Assembly (NCBI GenBank): GCA_963664115.2
Contig: CAXWPJ010000002.1
Coordinates: 320,001 to 384,000, forward strand
Direction of reading: 5' to 3'
DNA length: 64,000 bases
Origin: Terriglobia bacterium
GTDB lineage: Bacteria > Acidobacteriota > Terriglobia > 20CM-2-55-15
The translations under genes were made by a program, and so were the position numbers. The stretch's first letter is position 1; every line of letters starts with the position of its first letter. Shown piece by piece: positions 29,872 to 40,789 of this stretch. Under the pieces are notes generated by a model. That model was not told the origin of the DNA. It searched no databases and saw nothing but the letters and a program-made list of their open reading frames with translations.

Positions 29872-30840
29872 TCATCTCAAAGACTCCTCGGCAAACGGCA
29901 GGTAGCGGCCAAGGACAATGACCGCCAACCACAGAAACATCGAACTCGCCGCAATAAACTTAGCGAAGAGGGGTGCGTCGTCTCCGGGTCCCAGATGCGC
30001 CCAGGCGCGGAAAGCACCGGTGCAGTAGAACAGCAAAAGATTGGCTCCCGCAATCAAAATGGCCAACATCTTGAGGTGCACGTTGATGTTGAAAACATAG
30101 AAGTAGGGCATGCTCACAAAGAAGAGAAAGCCAGTGCTAACATTAATAATGAATCCGACGATACCCCAGGGCAGAAACCGGTGCAGGGGAGCGACGGGCA
30201 ACTGCTTCAAGAATCCCAGCAGGCGGAGATTGAGCACTCCAACTGCAGCCACAATCAGTATCAAGCCGAGAAAGTGAAGCGTCTCCAGAATTGGCCAGAC
30301 CCACCGGGAATAACCGGTCACCCAATATCCGATCCACGGAATAATGGCGGAGCCTAGGGTCCCTGTAATCGATTCTGATTCCGGGCCGGACAGAATTTCC
30401 GGATGGCGGATCCCGCCACCCGTGTTCCCGGTGATTGTCATGAGGCCCACCGTCACGATCGAAAAAAACACGACCGCTGACACGTTCCATCGCGCAAGCG
30501 GCCCCGGGGCCGGGTTCGAGATCCGACTGAACTGCCACAGTCCAAGCAAAGCGACGGCGCCAGTGATCTCCATGAACACGAATGCCAGCAGCGCCGCGCC
30601 CTGGTGCGTTTGAATCGAGGCTTCTGACACACCCGGGGATCCTCTAAGCACCTCCTGCGCCACATTGCCGCTCATATAAGTGGGAATCGCCAGAAGAGCC
30701 ATGAGCGAGAGAAGTGCAAGACTGGCTTGCTTCAGGTCGTCGCTATTCGCAAGCAGGGAGACAAGGAGAAGGCCAAGCCCGATGAAAGAGCCGATGATAG
30801 GCCAGTGATTCAATAAAAGGTGTATGTGCTCCAAATACAC
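29872..30840 (-). CDS. Membrane protein with DUF2231-like N-domain and DUF6644-like C-domain
   Basis: HLLLNHWP, H, GGGIRHPE; then ETLHF..NLRLLG..GRYLP. Confidence 0.7.
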   Translation of the reverse strand: MYLEHIHLLLNHWPIIGSFIGLGLLLVSLLANSDDLKQASLALLSLMALLAIPTYMSGNVAQEVLRGSPGVSEASIQTHQGAALLAFVFMEITGAVALLGLWQFSRISNPAPGPLARWNVSAVVFFSIVTVGLMTITGNTGGGIRHPEILSGPESESITGTLGSAIIPWIGYWVTGYSRWVWPILETLHFLGLILIVAAVGVLNLRLLGFLKQLPVAPLHRFLPWGIVGFIINVSTGFLFFVSMPYFYVFNINVHLKMLAILIAGANLLLFYCTGAFRAWAHLGPGDDAPLFAKFIAASSMFLWLAVIVLGRYLPFAEESLR

Positions 30841-30852
30841 GAGTGCATCCTC

Positions 30853-31359
30853 TTAACCGAGGTAGCTCACATAGCTGTACGTATAAGCCAGCAAGCGGCC
30901 CGACGAGACGGCCCCAATCCAAAAAATGAGGGACCATGCCGCAAAGAGCTTGCCCTTCGTCATCATGGCGGTGTCACTCAAGCCAGGGTCGCTGAACACA
31001 CGACTCTTAAGCATCTGCATCGTCGTCACGGCTAAGCCGATCAAAGCCAGCTTGATATAAAAATCCGGATTCGTAAGGGATTTGGTCGGATAAGCGATCA
31101 GAAGGAGTATGCCGGATGCGACCTGTATCCAGAAGCCGGCCCATATGATGCGGTACAAGCCCTTGAGGGGCGCCAGAGGCAGGTCCGGTGCCACGCCAAG
31201 AATGCGCAATGCAATTACGGCACTTGCGCCGACGAGTAACCCCATGCCGATCGCGTGAAAGGAAAGAACAAACCAGAATCCGAACAGCGACGTGGATTCG
31301 CGAAGCCATATGCTCAGACCACTTTCTTCGATCACCTCAAAAAACAGTGGTAGCTCCAA
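30853..31359 (-). CDS. DUF6644-like membrane protein
   Basis: HAIG...LRILG...SGILL...FYIKL...GRLLAY; probable TTG start after AGGAGG. Confidence 0.75.
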   Translation of the reverse strand: MELPLFFEVIEESGLSIWLRESTSLFGFWFVLSFHAIGMGLLVGASAVIALRILGVAPDLPLAPLKGLYRIIWAGFWIQVASGILLLIAYPTKSLTNPDFYIKLALIGLAVTTMQMLKSRVFSDPGLSDTAMMTKGKLFAAWSLIFWIGAVSSGRLLAYTYSYVSYLG

Positions 31360-31620
31360 GTTTGCCTCCTTGTCGGGTCTGCCGGCAACCAACCGAAACA
31401 ACCCGCCCCAAAACCAAAAACTTAGACAGGGGCCGTAATGTGTCATAGCCTCAACCGCTCGTCAAGCAGCGGTTCGACTCACAGGCAGTCATTGAAACGC
31501 GGTCACTGGGACGAAAATCGTCCACCCGCATGACACGCGTACGGTAGACTTGCCGCAACAACGGCGTCCGAAGAAATGCCGCGGGCAATCGAAGAACTGA
31601 ATGAACTGAGGAGAGCTGCG

Positions 31621-32871
31621 ATGGGGCGAATTTTGCTGAAGGGTCTGGCTGCATCCGTCCTGGTCGCCGTTGTAGTCACACTCGTCATGAACCCACGAAT
31701 GCTGGGCAGGTCTGGGGGCGCGCAGGGTTCACTTCAGATGCCGTTATTCCAGGTCGACCCTGCCTGGCTCAAGCTTCCCCAAAACTGGGTATTGGGCCAG
31801 GGCTCCGCGGTCGCCGTTGATAAGCACGATCATGTATGGATACTGCACCGTCCCCGCTATGTGGGCGCTCTCTACGAGCAACCGGCCGGCAAGACTGCCG
31901 CGCCTCCCGTTCTGGAATTCGACGCGACCGGTAAGTTTGTTCAAGCGTGGGGCGGACCGGGCATCGGATATGACTGGCCCGATCAGGAGCACGGAATTTA
32001 CGTTGATAATGAGGATAGTGTCTGGATCGGGGGGAGCGCGCGTCCCGCGTTGGCAGGACCCGGTCCCGGAAACGTAAGATCAGACAACATGCTGCTGAAG
32101 TTCACGAACACGGGGGAGTTCGTGATGCAAATCGGTCGCAGGGATCAGAGCACGGGAAACAACGATACGAAGAACCTGTATGCGCCCACCGACGTGTTTG
32201 TCTACGGCGAAACGAACGAGGTCTTCGTCTCCGACGGCTATATCAATCGGCGTGTGATTGTCTTTGACGCGGATACAGGGGCCTACAAGCGCATGTGGGG
32301 CGCGTTCGGCAACATGCCGGTGGATTTCCCAGACCAGTTGAAAAATGCAAGAACACCCCACCCCAACCCGGGTACCCGCAGGCCGGATCCTCGGGCAGCG
32401 CCCGCCGGGGGAGGCAACCAGCGACCGGTGGAAACAGGCCCGGGTCCGGACCAATTCAACACCGTTCATGCCGTTGAAGTATCAAACGATGGCTTGGTCT
32501 ATGTTGCTGACCGTTCCAATGATCGCGTCCAAGTGTTCACAATCGACGGTGAGTACCTCACCGAGGCGTTCATCAACCGCAGTGGTCCGGGTAACTCGGC
32601 TGCCGGGATGGCACTCTCCCCCGATCCGGAGCAAAGGTTCCTCTACGTCGCCGATTTCGGCGGAGCAAGCGTCGTCGTGATGGATCGCAGGACCCTCGAA
32701 GTGCTGGTCCAGTTCGGCGACAGCAGCGGCACAGCCGGAAACTTTGTGCTGCGGGGCCCGCACCATATGGCTGTCGATTCGAAGGGCAATCTATACACCG
32801 CGGAAGTTCACCCAGGGAACCGCGTCCAGAAGTTCGTGTTCATGGGCATGGGACCCCCACCACGGCAGTGA
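31621..32871 (+). CDS. NHL-repeat beta-propeller (peptidyl-alpha-hydroxyglycine lyase-like)
   Basis: VDPAWLKLP, EHGIYVD, DGYINRR, YVADRSNDRVQVF. Confidence 0.88.
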   Translation: MGRILLKGLAASVLVAVVVTLVMNPRMLGRSGGAQGSLQMPLFQVDPAWLKLPQNWVLGQGSAVAVDKHDHVWILHRPRYVGALYEQPAGKTAAPPVLEFDATGKFVQAWGGPGIGYDWPDQEHGIYVDNEDSVWIGGSARPALAGPGPGNVRSDNMLLKFTNTGEFVMQIGRRDQSTGNNDTKNLYAPTDVFVYGETNEVFVSDGYINRRVIVFDADTGAYKRMWGAFGNMPVDFPDQLKNARTPHPNPGTRRPDPRAAPAGGGNQRPVETGPGPDQFNTVHAVEVSNDGLVYVADRSNDRVQVFTIDGEYLTEAFINRSGPGNSAAGMALSPDPEQRFLYVADFGGASVVVMDRRTLEVLVQFGDSSGTAGNFVLRGPHHMAVDSKGNLYTAEVHPGNRVQKFVFMGMGPPPRQ

Positions 32872-32932
32872 CCGCCGGAAGCCAGCTTGAAGCTGGCGAA
32901 AACCGGGCCTGCGTTGCGGGTGTGGCCCGGCG

Positions 32933-32962
32933 TTGACAAGCATAGACCGCCCAACTTACAAT
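32933..32962 (+). promoter_or_regulatory. sigma70-type promoter
   Basis: TTGACA-18 nt-TACAAT. Confidence 0.6.
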
Positions 32963-33064
32963 GTTCACCTCTAAAAAAATCGATAGACAAAGACTGTTAG
33001 GAGGCTGTGCCAAAGGGCACCGTTCGCGTCGAAAACAGACGTGATCGTTCACGGGAGGTCTTAA

Positions 33065-34126
33065 ATGTTTTATCGCACTCTTATTGCAGGAACCGTTTTG
33101 GCTGTCCTGGTTGTGCCCTCGGCGCCGGGTGTGGTACCCCTTGCCGCCCAGGCCCCGTCGGACGCCGTAACAGCGGAGTGGCCTCCGCCCCCAACGACGT
33201 ACTCCCCGCCCCGAACGCCATGGGGCGATCCGGACCTCCAGGGCACGTGGGACTCCCTGAGCCGGATCCCGATGGAACGACAGGAAGTGTATGAGGGGAA
33301 ACCGGTTTTGACGGATGAAGAATGGGCTGAATGGTTAGTACGCGAGCCACCGGAAATGACCGGCTACAATGACTTCTGGAACAATCGGGACTTCGTAAGG
33401 GACAGACGGACGTCGCTCGTTGTGGATCCGCCGGATGGAAGAATCCCCGCGCTCACGCCTCAAGCACTTGCGAAAATGGACGCGTATGAAGCTGCTCGGA
33501 GTGCGCCCGGACGCGGCCGATACGATTCATGGGAGGACTTCCGCACCATGTCGCGTTGCATCGCGGCACACTCGCCCCAGGGTCCGATGGATTACAACAG
33601 TGCAGTGCTGATCATGCAGTCGCCCGGATGGGTGGTGATGGTCCGCGAGCGACTGGACACGCGCGTCATCCCGCTTGACGGGACTCCGCATCTGGACCCG
33701 GACCTCCGCCAGTGGAATGGGGACTCTCGGGGTCACTGGGAGGGGAATACCCTCGTCATCGAGACAAGGAATTTCACGGACAAGCAGATGGGGACCGGCA
33801 GTCGCCGCCCTGCCACCACACCCGGGGCTTCATCGGGACCATCCTTCATCAAAAGAGGTATCACCTTCGAGAACTTTCATCTGACCGAACGTTTCGTCGT
33901 CGTCAGCCCGACGCGGATGCACTACTATGCCACGCTCGAGGATCCGACGACGTGGACCCGACCCTGGACCTTCATGCTTCCCTGGGTGAAAGACGACAAT
34001 TATCAGATGCTCGAGTACGCGTGTGTCGAGGGAGACATCAGCGTTGGGGCGGCCCTGGCTGGCGAACGTATGATAGAAGAGAGAGAGCGCGCCGCCGGGG
34101 AAACCGCGAATGAGGAACAGCAGTGA
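33065..34126 (+). CDS. Exported 'WEGxTLV'-family protein
   Basis: PRTPWGDPDLQGTW, GDSRGHWEGNTLV, EYACVEG. Confidence 0.85.
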   Translation: MFYRTLIAGTVLAVLVVPSAPGVVPLAAQAPSDAVTAEWPPPPTTYSPPRTPWGDPDLQGTWDSLSRIPMERQEVYEGKPVLTDEEWAEWLVREPPEMTGYNDFWNNRDFVRDRRTSLVVDPPDGRIPALTPQALAKMDAYEAARSAPGRGRYDSWEDFRTMSRCIAAHSPQGPMDYNSAVLIMQSPGWVVMVRERLDTRVIPLDGTPHLDPDLRQWNGDSRGHWEGNTLVIETRNFTDKQMGTGSRRPATTPGASSGPSFIKRGITFENFHLTERFVVVSPTRMHYYATLEDPTTWTRPWTFMLPWVKDDNYQMLEYACVEGDISVGAALAGERMIEERERAAGETANEEQQ

Positions 34127-34159
34127 TCGTGCGTGTCAGAGAATTAGGAGCCCGATTGG

Positions 34160-35026
34160 ATGCGTAATCAACTAAGCCGCTCGCTGCCAAGAATTCTCAC
34201 AATCGCTGTAACGGCCTCTTTTTTGCTGCTTTCGGCGCCCGGGATCCCTGCTCAGACACCAGGGGGCGAGATACCACGATTGCCCGACGGCACGCCCGAC
34301 TTGAACGGCTTCTGGCAGGTCCTCAACACCGCACACTGGAACCTCGAAACCCAGGTCGGAGGACCCGCCCCGCCGGAAGGACTCATGCTTGGCGCGATCG
34401 CCGCCATTCCACCGGGCCTGGGCGTGGTTGAGGGGGGGGAGATCCCGTATCAGGCGTGGGCGCTGGAAAAGCGCAATGAGAATCGCGAGAACTGGACCAC
34501 ACTGGACACGGAATTGAACTGCTTTCTCCCGGGTGTGCCTCGGGTGACCTATCTTCCGCATCCGTTTCAGGTCCTCCAGTACAAGGACAGGATCCTGATT
34601 ATCTACCAGTATTCATACGCCCGTCGCGATATCCGGATGAGGGAGCCCGAGGAATTTCCGATCGAACAGTGGCTGGGATGGTCCTACGGCCGCTGGGAAG
34701 GGGACACGCTCGTCGTTGACGTGAGCGGTTTCTTGCCGGCCTCCGATCTCCGGCCGAATGAGCCACCGCTTGGAAACTGGCTGGACCGGTCGGGGAACTT
34801 CTACAGCGAAGGGCTTCATGTGGTCGAACGCTATACTCCCATAGACGCGACCCACATAATGTATGAAGCCACGATCGAGGATACAAACGTCTTTACACGG
34901 CCCTGGACAATCAGTATGCCACTCTATCGTCGTCTGGAGCCAAACATGCGAATTATGGAATTCAAATGCGCGGAATATATCGAAGAAATGAACTGGGGCC
35001 ATCTGCGAAGACAGCCCAGCAACTGA
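34160..35026 (+). CDS. Exported 'WEGDTLVV'-family protein
   Basis: PRLPDGTPDLNGFWQ, CFLPGVPR, GWSYGRWEGDTLVV, EFKC. Confidence 0.85.
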   Translation: MRNQLSRSLPRILTIAVTASFLLLSAPGIPAQTPGGEIPRLPDGTPDLNGFWQVLNTAHWNLETQVGGPAPPEGLMLGAIAAIPPGLGVVEGGEIPYQAWALEKRNENRENWTTLDTELNCFLPGVPRVTYLPHPFQVLQYKDRILIIYQYSYARRDIRMREPEEFPIEQWLGWSYGRWEGDTLVVDVSGFLPASDLRPNEPPLGNWLDRSGNFYSEGLHVVERYTPIDATHIMYEATIEDTNVFTRPWTISMPLYRRLEPNMRIMEFKCAEYIEEMNWGHLRRQPSN

Positions 35027-35078
35027 TCCGATATTCGAACATGAATATTACGAGACAACCCAACGGTCGGAGGTACAG

Positions 35079-35519
35079 GTGATGCGAAGAACGCTTTCGG
35101 TTATAGCTGTCGTTGTCGGTCTCTTGTTGCCGGGAACGCTACCCCTCAGCGCCCATCACGCTTTTTCGTCGGAATTCGATGGAAATAGGCCGGTTGAGCT
35201 GACAGGGACCGTCACCCGGATGGCATGGGTCAACCCCCATGCATGGATCTACATGGACGTCGAACAGGCGGACGGCACGGTGGAACAGTGGATGGTCGAA
35301 GGGGGCACCCCCAATACACTGATCCGGAGAGGCTTGAGGCGGTCGGACCTGCCGGCCGGAACGGAGATCAAGGTCAGTGGCTTTCGTTCCAAGGACGGAA
35401 CTCTCCGCGCCAATGGCACGAACATCACGCTGGCCGATGGACGACAGCTGTTTATTGGCTCGCCGGGTACGGGTGCCCCGTTAGAAGGGCGCGAAACTAT
35501 CGGAACGCAGGAGAACTAG
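35079..35519 (+). CDS. DUF6152-like exported protein
   Basis: AHHAFSSEFD and WVNPHAWI; its TAG stop is the IS630 target. Confidence 0.85.
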   Translation: MMRRTLSVIAVVVGLLLPGTLPLSAHHAFSSEFDGNRPVELTGTVTRMAWVNPHAWIYMDVEQADGTVEQWMVEGGTPNTLIRRGLRRSDLPAGTEIKVSGFRSKDGTLRANGTNITLADGRQLFIGSPGTGAPLEGRETIGTQEN

Positions 35520-36669
35520 TGTACCCCGCTCGAAGTAATGTAACTAAAATAGCTTTCCAACGTCCAATAGAGAATGAGGAAAGCACCGACCATTGAATTG
35601 GATGACAAGCAGCGGATGGAGTTGGAGCGACTGAGTCGAAGCCGGAGTACATCGGTCCGGTTGGCGGAACGATCCCGAATTGTATTACTGGCCGCTGAAG
35701 GTCGGAACAATTATGAGATCGCCGCCCGCTTGGAGATCACGCGCCAGAAAGCGGGCCGCTGGCGCAATCGTTTTGTGGAACAGGGCTTGGCTGGGATCGA
35801 AAAGGATGCGCCGCGAAGCGGACGGATTCCCACGATCAGTCGCCGGAAGCGAGCCCGGATCGTCAAGAAGACACTGGAAGAGAAGCCCCCGAACGCGACG
35901 CACTGGAGTCGGGCCTCGATGGCGAAGGCCGTTGGCGTGAGCGAGTCCACGGTCGGGAAAATCTGGCGGGTCCATGGACTGAAGCCTCATCTGTCACGAA
36001 CCTTCAAACTATCCAACGACAAACGATTCGCCGAAAAGCTGGAGGATGTGGTCGGTCTGTATCTGAGCCCACCGGAAAACGCCATTGTCTTGTCCTGCGA
36101 TGAGAAGAGCCAGATGCAGGCCCTGGACCGCACGCAACCCGGGTTACCTCTGAAGAAGGGGCGGTGTGGCACCATGACCCACGATTACAAACGTAACGGG
36201 ACAACCACGCTTTTCGCCGCGCTCAACATCCTGGACGGTTCGGTCATCGGAACCTGCATGCCAAAGCATCGCCATCAGGAATGGATCCGGTTTCTGAATC
36301 AGATCAAACGCGCCATGCCGAAAGATAAGGAGATCCACATTATTTGCGACAACTATGCGACTCACAAACATCAGAAAGTCGTCAACTGGCTCAAGCGTAA
36401 CAAGCGTTTTCATGTGCACTTCACGCCAACCAGTGCGTCGTGGCTCAACATGGTCGAGCGCTTTTTCCGGGATCTGTCCGAGCAACGACTCCGGCGTGGC
36501 GTTTTCCGCTCGGTCCCCGAGTTGATCCAGGCCGTGGAGGACTACCTCGCTCGTCACAATGAAGACCCGAAACCCTTCATCTGGACTGCAACGGCTTCCG
36601 ACATCCTTGCTAAAGTCCAGCGCGGCCGGCGAAATCTTGATAAGTTACAGTCTGTTTAACGGGGACCAC
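35519..36669 (+). mobile_element. IS630-family insertion sequence, 1151 bp, copy 2
   Basis: Same ends and transposase as copy 1 in opposite orientation; TA duplication at CTAG. Confidence 0.95.
35574..36659 (+). CDS. IS630-family transposase
   Basis: Protein identical to 3214-4299. Confidence 0.95.
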   Translation: MRKAPTIELDDKQRMELERLSRSRSTSVRLAERSRIVLLAAEGRNNYEIAARLEITRQKAGRWRNRFVEQGLAGIEKDAPRSGRIPTISRRKRARIVKKTLEEKPPNATHWSRASMAKAVGVSESTVGKIWRVHGLKPHLSRTFKLSNDKRFAEKLEDVVGLYLSPPENAIVLSCDEKSQMQALDRTQPGLPLKKGRCGTMTHDYKRNGTTTLFAALNILDGSVIGTCMPKHRHQEWIRFLNQIKRAMPKDKEIHIICDNYATHKHQKVVNWLKRNKRFHVHFTPTSASWLNMVERFFRDLSEQRLRRGVFRSVPELIQAVEDYLARHNEDPKPFIWTATASDILAKVQRGRRNLDKLQSV

Positions 36670-37004
36670 TAGCAGGACGAACTGAAACAGAGTTCAATGG
36701 GGGCGGGACCGGACCGCAACCGATTCCGGGTTCTTCAGCTCGTGGGGCGGACCCTATTTCCCTTGCATTTCGGTTGCTGGAGCGAAAGAATTGCCACACA
36801 CTCATCCCTCCAGCGGGAACGGGCCTCGTGTTCTTCCTAAACCGATGTACAAGGGTTCCGTATGAATGAATATGTGAGTGGTGAGTTGTAAGTTCTAAGT
36901 TTTAAGTAATGGATGAGTTACCACGAAGCTATTCGCTACGCTTGCGGCGCGATCGGCGTCCCTGCCGATCTGACTGCACCGCAGTTTTCTAAAGAGGGGA
37001 CTTC

Positions 37005-39326
37005 ATGCACGTAACGCAAAGTAAAACGTTAATGGCAATTTTGGCGGTCACCGTGATCGGGATTGCGGGCGTCTGGGCCGGGCTTGTTCCGGAGTCGGCC
37101 CCGGGAGTTGTTCCGGAGGCGACCCCGGAAACCGCCGAGAGCGTCGCGCGACTGGTTTCCGTCCAGGAATTCCCCCAACTCGACGCCTGCGCATGGGATA
37201 CCCCTGCCAGCTTCAGTTCGGGTCCAGCGCCATCGTTAAGTTCGGAAAATCTGCTCGGTGCCTTGGAGCAACGGGGGGGCGCTTCGTTTCTGCTAGCTGG
37301 CTTCCAGCAAGAAGCGCTGGAAATGCGACGGGCGGGACGGGGTGGACCCGCGGAATTCGATGCCGACAGGCAGGGGACCGCGACCCATCTGCGCACGCTG
37401 GCGGATACCTATCCCACCTTTACCGCTGTCGGCGTCAATACCAACACCAATGAAGTGATCCTGCAGGACAACAATCTATGGTCCGCCTACATCTTCAACC
37501 GGCTGGATAACACACCGCCGCGCGCGCGATTCAGCGAGCCGAAGCGGATCATCCAGGGGCCTGAGACCGAGATGCAGTTCAACAACGGCCTCTACATCGA
37601 TCCGGTGAACGGGGATATGTATTCGGTCGAATCGGACACGGGCGACAAGATGGTGGTGTTTGCCCAGGACGCCGGGGGTAACGTCGCGCCCAAGCGCATC
37701 CTGAACACACCCCATCGAGTGTACAGCGTTGCCGTCGACGAAGTGAGGGAGGAGCTCTACATCACCGTGGAGTACCCGCCCGAGGTGGTCGTGTACAACA
37801 AGAATGCCGAGGGGGATGAACTGCCGCTGCGGCGCATCGTCGGGGACAACACCCAGCTGGAAACACCCCACGGGATCGCCGTCGACTCGAATCTCGGGCT
37901 CTTGTACGTGAACAACTGGGGCCATACCACGGATTTTGGAGATTCACGAGGTGGGACGACGGGTTACGAAGATAATGGCAGGAATATTTCTCCTGTTGGC
38001 GATCCCTCTACGGGCCGGTTCAATCCGACTTCGATCACGATCTATTCGATCGAGGCGAACGGGGACGTGGCACCGATACGTGTGATTGAAGGGGACCGGA
38101 CGCAGTTGAATTGGCCTGGAAACATGACCGTGAACCAGGAGACCGGGGACCTGTATGTTGCCAATGACATGGATCACTCGATCCTGGTTTTCACAGGGTT
38201 GGACACCGCCGACGGCAACGTGGCGCCGACGCGGGTCATCAAGGGTGATCAGACCAAGCTGGTCCACCCGACCGGAGTGGCTGTGGACACCGTGAACCAG
38301 GAGTTGTGGGTGTCCAACCTGGGTAACGCATCGGGGGTGGCGTTTCCGCTCGAGGCCGATGGGAACGTGGCGCCCTTGCGGGTCGTACGTGCGGCGCCGG
38401 AGGAACACCAGTCGTTGATTTTCGGTCGGACCGCGGCGGTGACGTATGACCCCAACCGGGAAGAAATCCTGGTACCGAACTGAGTGAACCATCCGCAGGT
38501 TGCGGCCTTCGCCAGGTTGGCGGAGGAGAACGCGGTTCCGACACGTGTGATTGAAGGTGTGGCGTCGCGGCTCGGCCGGACAATGCATGATGTGATGTTC
38601 GATGCGATTCACGATGAACTCGTCGTGACGAGTCCATTCGCCCAGGCGATTTTGACATTCCGGGGCGATGCGGACGGCGAAGAAGCCCCCCTGCGCATCA
38701 TCCAGGGTCCAAACACCCAGATCGTGAGCGAACGGGGTTTGGATAAAGTCACCATCGACCCGGTCAACAACGAGATCCTGATCGCGACCAACCACGGAGA
38801 CGATCGAGACCCACTCGGAGCCATTCTGGTATTTCCGCGGGAAGCGGACGGCGATGTCGCTCCGATCCGGGTTCTGAGCGGGCCCGCCACCCAGTTCGGG
38901 GGCGGCCGTCCATCGATGCGGGTCGACAACAAGAACGACCTGTTGCTCGTCGCTGAGAGTGGCGGTATTTTGATCTTTGATAGAACCGCGAGCGGGAATA
39001 CGGCGCCGATTGGAAGGATTCCAGGACCGAGCGGCAACCAGTTCGACGTCTACAACAATCTGATCATCACGCTGAGGGGCGACTACCTCTACGCCTGGGA
39101 CATCCACACCAGGGGCGAGGGCATCCGTCCGGTCTGGAAGATCTCAACTCCACTCGGGGCGCGGGCCAACCAGACGGGACTTGTTCTGGATCCTGTTCAT
39201 GAGGAGGTCATCGTCGCGACCGGAGCCGGAAACCAGATTCTGGTGTTTCACGTTCCCGAAATATTCGCGGATCGCAGCGAGACGCCACGCGCCTCGACAC
39301 CATTCCGCTTCTCAGCTGAGGAGTAG
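37005..39326 (+). CDS. Exported beta-propeller repeat protein, putative selenoprotein (TGA 38481-38483)
   Basis: Two same-frame ORFs separated only by TGA; the blade repeat (GNVAPxRxI type) continues across it; SECIS-like hairpin follows. Confidence 0.75.
38484..38512 (+). promoter_or_regulatory. Putative bacterial SECIS element
   Basis: GUGAA-ccau-CCGCA-[GGU]-UGCGG-cc-UUCGC directly 3' of the UGA. Confidence 0.6.
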
Positions 39327-39712
39327 TTCCAGCCCTCGTCATCGGTGAGAAACCGCTGAACTTCATGGGAGCCGATCTTCGCGGTCGGCTCCCCCGCTAC
39401 CCTGTTCGAGAGTCGTCGATATCGCATGGCCCGCGCGCGCGCAAAATTCATCAGAGTCCAAACACGGACGTTCAAAAACCCCATTATTCCATCCCGTTCT
39501 CATTAGTGTCTGCGGACCCGAACGCGCATTAGTCTCTGTCGACAATCATTAAGATTCCAGCGATTCGGCGTCCGGGGCTTTTCAATTGACCCGCCTGGCA
39601 TCGATCTATAGAGTTTCGCATTAGAGTGTCGGCCTTGGATTCGACTTGCAGGTAAGAATCGATTCTCGTTATCGGAATTTTCTGAAAGACATCTATAGAC
39701 GGCGGGGTGCCT

Positions 39713-40753
39713 ATGCTTAAGGGATCTAAGTTCTGGGGCAGTTTCTTTGTAGTCGCGGTTTTGAGCACGGTCATACAACCTGCGGCTCTCGCTGCCCAAT
39801 TCACGACGGCTGAGACTTTCGATATCAACCGCTTCTCGCCGAATGGTGGTCAGTTCGAAACGTTTTACGTGACCGACTCCGAACCACTGGGGGCCTTGCT
39901 GGATTCAAACCTGATCTCCGCTGAAACCCGGGTCCTGCTGACCGAAACTGCGACGGGAAAGCTTGCTTTCCTGACGGACCAGATGTCCTTTCACCATATT
40001 GCTCAAGGCGAGGCAAACGGGCAGCCGTGGATGGTGACGTTTTGAGTGGTCTGTAATACCGGGGTCAGTATGATCCCGACGATAGACGGAAAGCTGTACC
40101 ATTTCGAAAACCCTGGTATCTATGACGGCCTCTTCCTGATGGCCGATACCGAGACCTCCACGTTCTGGAACCACATCACGGGTGAAGCTCTTTACGGAGA
40201 GTTGGTGGGGCAGCGCCTGCCGCTATCGAACCTGCTCCAGATGAACGTCGAACAGGCGTTGGCGATGGATCCCGACATTGAAATCGCGCTCTCGCCGTAT
40301 GAGGGACCACGGATCGCGGGCGGGCAGTACGCCCGGGACGACGAGACCAGGGATCTGATGCCCCGATTTGCTGGAACGCTCGGCACCGAGGATGAACGCC
40401 GCCCCCGGATGGAACTGGGCCTCGGTGTCTGGACAGATCAGACGAACCGTTACTACGCGGTTGAAAGCATTCGTGCACAAGGGAATTTCGTCATCGACGA
40501 GCTCGACGGGCGGAGCGTTCTCGTATACGTCGATCCGATTTCATCCACGCCCGCCGCTCTTTACGTGGATGCCGGTGAAGCGCGTTTCGAAGGAAGCGAA
40601 ATCCATCTCAGTGACGGCACGGTCGTTCGGGCGGGGAGTCTCGTTGGGCCCGATGGCGGGCCCAGAAGCGTGGACCGTCCCCTGCAGCTGTTTACCCGGT
40701 GGTATGGGTATGCCCGGACGTTTCCAGGAACAGAGATCTTTGGCGAAGATTAG
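39713..40753 (+). CDS. DUF3179-like selenoprotein (UxxC, TGA 40043-40045)
   Basis: MVTF-U-VVC-NTG sits at the family's CxxC position; M.D.ET.T.W.H.TGEA..G motif follows. Confidence 0.85.
40049..40087 (+). promoter_or_regulatory. Putative bacterial SECIS element
   Basis: Upper stem CGGGGUCA-[GUA]-UGAUCCCG; lower stem GUCUGU/AUAGAC. Confidence 0.7.
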
Positions 40754-40789
40754 GGGTAAGACGCGTTGAATCTATTGGAGGCGAGAGCG

